From: Mytilus californianus
Lineage: Eukaryota
NCBI RefSeq assembly: GCF_021869535.1
Contig: NW_026262701.1
Coordinates: 35,340,001-35,404,000, forward strand
Direction: 5' to 3'
DNA length: 64,000 bases
The number at the start of each line of letters is the position of its first letter. Position 1 is the stretch's first letter. The notes under the pieces are model-generated. The model saw only the letters and a program-made list of their open reading frames with translations, was not told the origin of the DNA and searched no databases. The translations under genes were made by a program, and so were the position numbers. Below are positions 11,018-23,000 of this stretch, in pieces.

Positions 11018-14000
11018 CTGAAACATTAATAAACCAACAATAAAAGGGCAATTAGGCCTTAGATAAATTTGGCTATTTTTTTAGGTATTTTTGTCATATA
11101 GCTCTTCAACTGTTTCAGTTCTTATACATCCTCGGATTTCAAATGTTTGGCTTTGAGCGTTCCTCATGAAGGTAAATCCAGAAAAGCGCTTTGGACGCAT
11201 GAAATTATTAAACGTGTTTTTTTTAATTTTTACAGCACTGGGTCGATACCTCTGCTGATGGACTATCAGACCCCGGTGGTATCATCAGCTCAGTAGTCAG
11301 TACTTCGGTACTGACATGATTTATAACAAACCTCTCTAAAATTGTCCGTTTATAAATTTGGAAATTATAAAGAAACTAAGGTTTCAACTCTCTCAAGCAA
11401 TGTTGACCGTAGATGAATTTGGCTATTTGTTTTTTAGGTATTTTTGTCATATAGCTCTTCAACTGTTTCGGTACTTATACATCCTCGAATTTCAAATGTT
11501 TGGCTTTGAGCGTTCCTGATGAAGGTAAATCCAGAAAAGCGCTCCGGACGCATGAAATTATTAAACGTGCTGTTTTCAATTTATACAAGTTCACGAGTTC
11601 AAATATGCAATATATACCTTTTCTACAACTTAACTCCAAGTCGTGAATAACTAATTTCCTGCAACACTATGACCTCTCCGAGTCCCGAAAAATTAAAAAA
11701 AACCCCGCTTAACTTACTGCTCACAATAATTACAGTAACTTACTTCCTAGAACAGTAAGAGTTCCTAGACTACTTTGACCAGTTCCAACAGAGTTGGCAG
11801 CAAAACAGACATAATTAGCAGCATCACTTGTATCAGCTCTGATTATATAAAGTGATGGTGATGCCACTGTTCCTCCTTCATATTTGCTTGTGTTTGTCAT
11901 GTCAATAGTAACTATTTGTTCTCCCGAAATCTTCTGCCAATATACAGACGTGTGAGATGGATTAGCCGAGACAACACATCCAATGGTCACATTATTTCCG
12001 TAATCGACATTTATGGCATTCTGGGTCAAACTGACATTTGGAGTGTCTAAAAAATAAATTGATAGTTTATAACATTAATAACTGTTTTAAAATCTCTATT
12101 CAAAAGTCTCTAATAGTTACAAGGTAAATAATCGTACACGCACGCATAAACATGTCTGTTTATCGAAACATTCCTTTGTTTCACTTTGATTAACCCATTT
12201 CACTGACGTCATTCTATTGTACTTATTGTAGATTATTATTTTAAGAATCCACTGACCACTGTGTTTAATTAAGATTACTTATATTATAACTTTAAAATTT
12301 TAACTTTATCCTCTCAAAAACGAGTTGCATATGCAGGGTGCAAACGTTCATTGTTAATCAGTTGAGTCTTCAGTCTATGCATGATGCCACTATACCACGA
12401 GTGCTGACATAATTCAACATCTAAATTATACTCTTAAAGCGCTTAATTATCAATACATGTGACTAAACTGATTTCTGTCTCATTGATAATTCGCTTTGTA
12501 ATCTATGAAATATATATATAATGTCTTGGTTTGTTCATGTTCTTTATATATATATATAATGTCTTGGTTTGTTCATGTTCTTTATATATATATATAATGT
12601 CTTGGTTTGTTCATATTCTTTTAAAATTAATTTGATTTATTTGATTTGTTTTATTTTGAGTGTTATTTTTTTAAGGAAGATTATGTTCTACATTTGAACG
12701 TTCTTGAGTATAATCATATAGCAGTATGAAAATATGAAACGAGAGAAGAGAAAAAATAAATAAAACTTTTTCTTTAAAATTATAAAAAAGTGTTTATACC
12801 GGATGTCAGGTTTGAACATTGGTCGATTTGTAACATCGTTATAATGAACCGACGAACCTTTATACGATTGTGGCTATTACACAATAGTTGTAACCGCTAT
12901 ATAATCAATGAATTGTATATATTCCTTGAAAAAAATAAACATCCGTATGACCATTACACTTGTCACTTTTAACGTACATAATATTATCTTACTAATAATC
13001 AATTTTTGTTTGTTTCATTATATATGGTCCAAACATACATCAAATCAACATTGAACGAACTCTAATTTGACAAAAAGTGTGATTTATAAGACACGACCGT
13101 AAAACATCTCTTTGACAGTAAAAACAGAAACAAAATCATCGCCAATATATAAAAATGAAATATATAATACCTCTAAGATGAAAACATAATTTTGGTTAAG
13201 AGAAAAGTTTAAACAAGTTTAATCCACCATTTTCTATATAAGAAAATGCATGTATAAAGTCAGGAATATGGCAGTTGTTATCAATTCGTTTGATGCGTTT
13301 GAGCGTTTGATTTTGCCATTTGCTTAGGGACTTTCCGTTTAAAATTTTCCTCGGAGTTCGATATTTTTGTTATTTTACTTTTTACGATAAAAAATTTCAT
13401 TCCGGGTACAAGGTTTGAAATTAGTACTGTTAATATAACCGTTATGACTTTCTTTACCAACGACTAGACGTTCCCGGCTATGAACAACTTGATTTCAAGT
13501 TTGTAAAATCAACATAATTATACATCTGCAGCAAGAGCAATTCTGCTGGGGATTCGAAAATGCGTACCACAGATAATACTAGTTTATTGACTGGTTGACG
13601 ATAGATTCCAAATGTAATAACGCTAAAATAATCTAAACATAGCGAAACGGAAACAGTTTAAACAAACTTTATATATAATTGTTCAAATAAAACATTAAGC
13701 ACATTATTCTATTTATTTTGGGAAGCAACATGAAATGGAGCATCATGCAACGGTAGGTTTGTCGCAATTACGCTAATCTTATAGATTTGCATTAGTACGG
13801 TTAAAGAGTACCCAGCCCTCAGACAGCTTAATACTATTACAGGTTGCTATTCCATTTAAATAATTTGTAATGATTAAACATTAAATATATTTGTATTTAC
13901 CAATATGAAATTTAGAGTTAAAAAGGGGAGCTAACACCCCACTTAAGTTATATTAATCTTATGTTAACTTGTCAAATATCTAAATACAGATGTGAACCAT

Positions 14001-17000
14001 GTGGATATAATCATATCCAGCTATTGTAGAATAAAATAGACAAAATACGAAATTATCTTTATGAAATTCCGTTGATTTATTGTCAAAACGTAAAAAAAAA
14101 CCAATCGTTTAGAAATTGGTTAAGCTATTAAATTGATAAGAGGAAGTGGTTCGGAAACAATAATCAGCTTGCGACTAAAGTCGCTCGTTGATTATCGTTT
14201 ACGAATCCACTACTTAAAATTGAGAATGGAAATGGGGAATGTGTCAAAGAGACAACAACCATACCAAAGAGCCTAAGGCCACCAACTTTATTTTCAGTCT
14301 TTTTGCTATTATCAACTAATAAGCAAACAAACAAATATATCTTAGATACATAACAAAAAACCTTATTGTTCTTCCTTCTTTCATTGGTTTGATTTTGTTG
14401 ATATTTTGCTGCCTCATTAACATTGGCACACGTCTACGTCTGTTATATATAAAAATGAAAACCTCTACGAACTCATATTTAATAGTCAATTTTTCAAATG
14501 CATTATGAAAATTCCACTTGTTTCAAAACATGTATATTGCAATAGTATATCTTTCTAAGAACAAAATAAAACAATTCCCGTTTGAATGGTTTTACACTAG
14601 TAATTTTTGGGGCCCTTTATAGCTTACTGTTCGGTGTGAGCCAAGGATCCGTGTTGAAGACCGTACTGTGACCTATAATGGTTTACTTTTATAAATTTTG
14701 ACTTGGATGGAGAGTTGTCTCATTGGCACTCATACCACATCTTCTTATATCTATACACTACATTATATAATACAGAATGCTTATAAAAATGTAGTGGTAA
14801 TGCATTTTCAGACTTTTATCTATCTCAATATTTCTGTTTACCTTAAAGCAGAATATATGAAAATCACAGAAGCTTTTCGTGTTTAAAAACAGCAATTCAA
14901 AGCACAGACATGAAAAAACTACTCAAAAAAAAAACTCATTAAAGATACCATGATTCGTCTTCAGTGACGCTCGAATAAAAAAGTTAAAAGGCCAAATGTA
15001 GTACGAATTTGAAAAGCATTGAGGATTGAAATATCGAAACAGAATTAAGCCTGCAGAGCACGGAAATATTCTATGAATAAAAGCTAGAAAGTGAAAATAT
15101 TTATTTTCTGAACATACTGAAAATATTTATTTTCTGAACATACTGAAAATATTTATTTTCTGAACATACTTTTATTAAAAACACATAAACAATAATAAAT
15201 CTCTACTTAAAGTTTCATAACGAAATCCTTTCAATTTAATTTTAATCATTTCTGTATTTCTTTAGTTCTATAGGTATGAATGATTTTAACATTATGCGTT
15301 TCATTACCTTTCCATTTAATCAATGTATTTTCAAATAAATTAATTGATTAATCAAGATTGGTAAAACAATAATTTGATTCATATGCCATTCAAGTAATGG
15401 TTTTATTTGACGAAATGATAATAATATTTGAAATTGTTTTAAGTAACGATTCCAATTATGTACATAGCATCCGTTTATTTTATATTTAATAAACTACTAG
15501 GTAATAGAATATAAGTAATGTTAAATACATTTTATCTATTCATAATTTTCAAAATATTCATACAGTTGTCTTATCATTCAGGAATGCTAACTCAAATTCC
15601 AGGTATACTGAAACATTAAAAAAAAAATTCTTTACAAACCATCCACAAATGACATGACCTTTTACTTTAATTATTTTTCCAATTTCTCCTTTCAGGAAAT
15701 AAAAGTAATTTAGTTGAATGCAAATATAATCTATCTACTTTAAAAACAAATTTTAACCTTAAATGCTTATAATACATCAAATACTATATCTACACTACAG
15801 TACATTCTATCTACAAAAGCACACTAACTTACATAAAAAAGCAAGTGAATTCACCAGGACCTGGTCGGGTCTATATGAAATGTTGTTAAACTATCAACGA
15901 CATAATGGAGATACATGTACAAGCAGCAATTATTATTATCATATAAAGCACAAGTTAATTGGATAAACGCTGGTATCTGAAAATTGAAAAATACTCACTA
16001 CCAGCGACAGCTACGATAATTTGGGTACTATATCCCGTTCCCAAGGTGTTTGCTGCATAACAGTAGTATGCTCCAGTGTCACTAAACTGAGCATTAAAAA
16101 TTGTAAGACTGGGATGGCTCACTGATGATCCACTGTATTTTTCTCCATCTATCTGTATAATGTTTGTATTGGCTCCTATAACCTTCTGCCAATAGACTGA
16201 ATCATGAGTTGGTTCTGCAGCAACTTGGCAAGCTAGAGTGATGGAGCTGTCAACATTGACAATGTATGCAGATGTTGGTACTGTGACAATCGGTATATCT
16301 GAAAGGGTAATACAAAACAAATATAGCAGGGCAATCTATACAAGTTCAAGTATTTAAATATTCCATAATTATTTTTTCTACAATTTGAGCCCCTAGTTCC
16401 TAGACCTCTCTAAGTCCCTGACAAATTTTTATCAAGCTGCTAAAGTACTGCAAGCAAAAGTTAGGGTAACTTACTTCCAGCAACATTCAGAGTTCCTTGA
16501 GTGCTCTGACCTGTTCCAACAGAGCTTGTAGCAAAACAGACATATTTAGCAGCATCACTTGTATCAGCTCTGATTATATAAAGTGATGGTGATGCCACTG
16601 TTCCTCCTTCATATTTGCTTGTGTTTGTCACGTCAATAGTAACTGTTTGTCCTCCCGAAATCTTCTGCCAATATACAGACGTGTGAGATGGATTAGCCGC
16701 GACAACACATCCGATGGTCACATTATTTCCGTAGTTAACAGTTATGTTATTTTGGGTCAAATTCACACTTGGAGTGTCTGAAAAATAAAGTTATCAACAT
16801 GTGATATTGGATTTAAAGTTATAACATAAAATACTATTTAAAAACCTCTCTTTAAAATGACCTCAGATGAATTTGGGTATTATTTTATATCCTTTCTGGT
16901 CATATAACTCTTCAACTGTTTCGATTCCTATATATCCTTGGCTTTCAAATATTCAGCTTAAAGAGCGTTCTTGATGAAGGCAAATCTAGAAAAGCTCTTC

Positions 17001-20000
17001 GGACGCATGGAATTTTGACAGCGTTGTTTACATTTTTATAATATAAAAAATAAGAAGATGTGGTATGATTGCCAATGAGACAACTATGCAACACAGATCA
17101 AATAACATGAAAGTTTACAACTATAGGTCACCGAATGGCCTTCAACAATGAGCAAAACCCCATACTGCATAGTCAGATGAAAAAGGCCCCGAAATGACAA
17201 ATGTAAAACAATTCAAACGAGAAAACTAACGGCCTGATTATTGTACAAAACAATGAACAAAAAAAAATATGATATACAGCAACAAACGACAACCACTAAG
17301 TTACAGGCTCCAGACTTGAGACAGGCCATACAAAATGCGAGGTTCAACTAGTTTGTTGGCACCAAACCGTCTCCCTAACCTAGGATAGTGGTGTAACTGT
17401 ACAACATAACAACAAACTTGCCCTCTTTCGCCTCAGTATGTTCAATCTACATTCCAACTACACTACATAACATTCCATCTGCACTACATTATATTCTATC
17501 TACACTGCTTTACATTCGAACTACACTACGTTACATTTCATCTACACAACATTACATTCCATCTACACTACATTACATTCCATCTACACTACAGTATATC
17601 CCATCTGCATTGCAGTACACTCCATCTACACTACAGTACATTCAATCTACACTATAGTACATGCATATTTCATCTACACTACAATATATTCCATCTACAA
17701 AAGCACACTAACACACAAAAGAGCAACTGTATACATCACGATCTGGTCGGGTCTATCAAATATAAAACTATCAGCTACATAGTCGAGATACATGTTCAAT
17801 CAGCAATTATTTTATCATATAAAACACAAGTTAATTGGATGAATGCTGGTACCTGAAATAAAAAAAAATCCCCACCATCGACAGCTAAAACAACTTGAGT
17901 ACTTGATCCAGTTCCCACAATGTTTTTTGCATAACAGTAGTATGTTCCGGCATCAGCAAACTGAGCATTAGAAATGGTAAGACTAGGATTGCTCACTGAT
18001 GATCCATTATATTTTCCTCCATTATTAGATAAAGTGTCTGTATTGCCTCCTGTAACCTTCTGCCAATATACTGAATTATGAGTTGGATCCGCAGTTACTT
18101 GGCAAGCTAGAGTGATAGAGCTGTCAATATCGACAGTGTATGCTGATGTTGGTACAGTGACAACGTCATGTGCGCAAGTCAATCCACGTCAATTTATCAA
18201 TGAAATGCACACGACTTCATTCATACAACCGATTAACTATCCCAAACGTTTTGTATGCGAAAAAGTAGTTTTACTAACTATTTCATTTTACTTCATATTC
18301 TCAACCAAAAAAAAGAAGGTAAGATAAATTGCAGATAAAAAGAAAAATGGAATTTTATTTTTTAATACCGAACATCTGACAAAAATTCCTAAACCTGACC
18401 TAAGTACATTCTTAAGTAAAAAATCAGATTAAGTAGATACTACAGGATTAAAGACAAAAACATAATAATAATTATATATTCTTTATAACAATTTAACCAA
18501 AATTCATTGAATTATTGTGTTGAAATATAATTATAATAACAAATAAAAAAACTTGGAAAATACTTTCTAGTAAGGTCAATACTGAGAGGACAGATATTTT
18601 ATCAATAACACCATATTGTCGATTCATTTTTATTCGTGGGATACCAATTTTTGTGCATTTGATTTGATTGGGTGAACCATGAAGTTAAATGTTCAACAAA
18701 GAACACATTTTCTGAAGGCTTGTGTGTAGGGTTTGACAAAACTATGAAATCAAGTTTACACAAAAAAAAGCACATTTTCCCCTCAATCTGCGAAAATTGG
18801 TATCCAGGAAAATAAATGAATGTACAAGAATTATCTTTGTTACTTACTTCCAACTACATCCAGATTGGTTATTGTACTAATTCCTGTACCAACACTATTT
18901 GTAACTTTACATTTGTAATTTCCTTCGTCACTCTCCTCAGCATTATAAATAATAAGTGATGGTGAACTAACTGTAGAACCACCATATCTATTATTATTGG
19001 TGGTATCTCCAATGTCTACGACAGAGTTTCCATTAGTTCTCTCCCATCTGACCATAGTTGCAGCAGGATTGGCAGTGTATGAACACTGTAGTGTGATATC
19101 TGATCCTTTGTTGGCCGAGTATGATGACTGGTCTACAGTTACAGTTGGTATACCTAAGTTAAAAATCGAAGTAGTTTTTTACGGTTTTTTTTATACATTG
19201 AAAGGATAAAAGCAATCATCAAAATATATTGGTCAGACCGCACCAACCACCAAGACCAGACTACTCGGGGGAAAAAAGAAAAAACAAGAAGTAAATTTTA
19301 GGTGAAAATTTGTAGCCAGGAAAATTTATGTGAAATGCATCAAAATTTTTCTAAGAATGAATAATAAAATATGTACTAGGATAGAAGTTAAAATCATGAA
19401 TGAATGAATTGTTTGACAAGTATCAATTTCCTTAATAGCTGTAATGTAAAAAATTCTTTCACAAATTTCAGTACAAATTTCATATAATATGTATCTAATG
19501 TATCATGTATTAATACATAAAATCTAAATCTGATGATGAAACAACCATTTATAGTTTTCAACTGCAATTTGATTGTTTTTCTTTAACAAGTGTATTAATT
19601 AAGCAGTTTTAGACGTACTTCCTACAACTGTCAAGAATGTCTGCTGGCTTTGTCCAGTTCCTACAGCATTTGTGGCCAAACAAACATATCGCCCTTCATC
19701 AGATTTCATGGTCTGACTGATGACCAGAGATGGTGAGTTTACAGCACTACCAGTGTATCGACTGTTTGTCATATCGATATCGACAGCATTACCATTGTTA
19801 TCAACTCTCTGCCATTTTACAGATGTATGGAAAGGGTTTGCTTGCACGGTACATTGTAATGTAATTGAGTTGCCTATGTTGACTGAGTAAGAATTTGATG
19901 CAACATTGACCACAGGAGCACCTAAACAAAACAATATTAATCAGATATTTATATCATGTTCAAAATTCCAAATGTCAGTGTCACAAAGATTACTACTTGC

Positions 20001-23000
20001 AGTCAAATGCACCATTATTCTTAAATTTGGTTCTAGTTTTAAGTCAAAGCCAAAATAATTTAACAGTCAGAACATATTTTGCTGTTTTTGTAATTAATGA
20101 CATTCTGCACATATAGAAAAACCAAAATTCATCAAATAAAGAAAATGCACAGCCTTTCTGTAATAATGATTTGAGAGATATGTATTGAATACAAGAGTAA
20201 TCGTTGTTTTTACATTATAATCTCTTTAAACATAACCCCCTGATTCCACTAAAAACATATTCAGCATAAAATTAAAGTCTTTTGTTCAGGTTGTACTGCT
20301 TTTCAGCTTTCCAGGGGTTAATTCTAAAATGAAATATCTAATTATTACGATATCAATTTTACCTGATCAGGTAAACAGTTTATTGAAGGATGTTCTATTT
20401 AAGAAAAGGTAAACCTTTGTACAATGAGACTTTCACAACAGAAAGCTGTTTTAAGTTCTCTTAAACTCATGAGTGTATAACATTTTTGTGTACCTTATAA
20501 TGAATAAAATGTCCTAAACTAAGTAGCTGTTTTAGCTGATCAGGTGAAACTATCTCAGTTTTATCTACTTAAAGTATAGTAACTTTTCCTCTAAACAGAG
20601 AGTTACATTTTTTAAACCTTAAGGCTCATCAAATATTCTTCTATCACACTTTCAGTTTTCTGTAAACTAAATAAAGCTATGATTTTTTTTGCAAACTAAA
20701 CCTACAACGTAATTCAATAAAAAGTTTGAAAAAATTCTTAAACAAAATGTTCAACAAGTGTAAATATACAGATCATTACATAATGTTTATCATGTTTATA
20801 GGGCTGCAAGGTTGAATACATGTCGTTCTTGTCCATATTTCAGTTAGTTCACAACTTAAACCAATGGTTATAACCTCTTCCATTTTAACATAGAATGTCT
20901 CCTATTTGAAAATGTCTTTTATTCCACAAAGGAAAAAAAAAACAAGGCTTCATCTTGTTTTTCACCTTACTATAAAGAATTAACAATTTTTCATATGTTA
21001 TAGAAAATTTACCAAGTGTAAAAAAAGTTAAAAACATGTATTCTGAATTCTTCTGCAAAAAAAGGTAAATAGGAAACAATCTAGTAAATATGGAATTACC
21101 AAAACCACATCTTAGAAAAGGTGTTAAAAACTGTAGCTGATCATGAAATTTACACCCTGCTATTAACATTGAACGTGGTGAAAGCAAAACACAGTTAAAA
21201 AACCGTGACTTAGTAGCTAGCTTTTGACTTACTGTTGACCACATTTAATAAAGTTTGTGCACTCTCCCCAGTACCGACACTATTTGAGGCATAACACTTA
21301 TAGTCTCCAATGTCTCCGGCTACTGTGTTAGTGATTGTTAGTGGGTTAGATACAGATGATCCCGTGCATCTATTGCTTGATGGTAGGTATGTAAATACGC
21401 CATTCACATTCCTTCTCCAGTACACGATTGTGTGGGCGGGATTGACTGTAATGGTACAGATCAAGGTGATTGTTTGACCGATAGTAACACTCACTTCCTG
21501 GAACTATGATTTCCTAGACATTTCTGAGTCCCAAACAAGTTCTTATAAAGGTATAAAATTACTGCTCCTAACCGTTAGAGTAACTTTGTTCCTACAACAC
21601 TATGAGTTTCGAGTTTCGAGACCTCTCTGAGTCCCTGAACAATTCTTACGGATCCATTTACTTACTGCCAACAATAGTTAGAATAACTTACTTCCAGCAA
21701 CAGTAAGAGATCCTGGATTACTCTGACCAGTTCCAACAGAGTTGGCAGCAAAACAGACATAATCAGCAGCATCACTTGTATCAGCTCCGATTATATGAAG
21801 AGATGGTGTTGCCACGGTTCCTCCTGCATATTTGCTTGTGTTTGTCATGTCAATAGTTATCGTTTGTCCTCCCGACATTTTCTGCCAATATACAGATGTG
21901 TGCGATGGATTAGCTGAGACAATACATCCAATGGTCACATTATTTCCGTTGTTGACAGCTATGTCATTGTGGGTCAAGCTGACACTTGGGGTGTCTAAAA
22001 TTTAATTAATAAACATTTGATATAGGACATTAGATTCCCACACGAGATACTGTTCCTTAAAAGCCTTTAATAGTTCAAAGGGAAACTAACACACATTTTA
22101 ATGACTTATATGTCTATGTTTATCAAACAAGAAAATATTTGTTTACTGAACAAAATTTTATTAAAAACATATAAACAATCATAAATATCTACTAACAGTA
22201 TTATAACGAAATTCTTTCAATTGAATTTTTGATCATAATTTTTTGTTTATAATTCGATAGGTATCAATGATTTTAACAATATGTGCGTTTCTTTACTTTT
22301 CGATATAATCAATGCATTTTCAAAAGAGTGGATATTCAAACTTATAAGTTGAAAAACAAAAACACGACAAAAAAACTAAAACCATAACACAAAACACAAA
22401 ACAGAATATAGAAAACTCAGAATTGAGCAACACGAAACCTATCAAAAACCATTTTTAAATACAGTAATTTATCAATTCAGGTTTACAAAAGTTATTTGAT
22501 TTCTATGCCGAGCCAGTAATAACTTGTCATGGTTTAATTTTAAACAAAATGATAAAAAAATTAAAAAATTATTTTTAGGTAAAGATAACAATTAGGTAGA
22601 TATCATCAGTTTATTCTATAATTGATTAAACTACTGGTAACTGTTGTACTTTTGGATAAATTGTCATTTTTGATATAAAAATACTTTGTGTGTGCATAAC
22701 TTTCAAAATTTGAAAACAGTTGCCTACTAATTCCGAAATTGTAACTCAAATTCCAGATGAAAATTTTTCTTTTTTTCTTTTCTCTTTTCTACATAAAGAA
22801 AACATGGCATTTCAATTCAAGTTTTGTTCTTTTTAAGCTTTTAGTTAATACAGTAAAATAATTGAACACAAATTCAATCTTGTATTTAGTTTTCTATGTA
22901 ATGTTTTGTATACTGTTGTTTGTCTTTTGGTCGATTTTCGTGTTATGCCGTGGCATTCTCAGTGTGTGTTTGAATGTCCGTATGGTATCTTTCGCCTCAG

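Larger units (their letters stand above)
11060..11582 (+). mobile_element. Non-LTR retrozyme-like repeat: 1.4 copies of a 353-nt unit with two type I hammerhead motifs
   Basis: About 170-bp direct repeats at 11060 and 11410, each ending in GAGCGTTC-CT(C/G)ATGA-AGGTAAATCCA-GAAA-AGCGCT-(TT/CC)-GGACGC. Confidence 0.75.

Noticed and set aside
11714-11743. Second GTAAG donor 26 nt downstream of B exons (also near 21662)
   Set aside because: Out of frame, includes a stop, and conservation is explained by duplication.
17418-17657. IPSTLHY-repeat ORF
   Set aside because: Translation of the 21-bp minisatellite.
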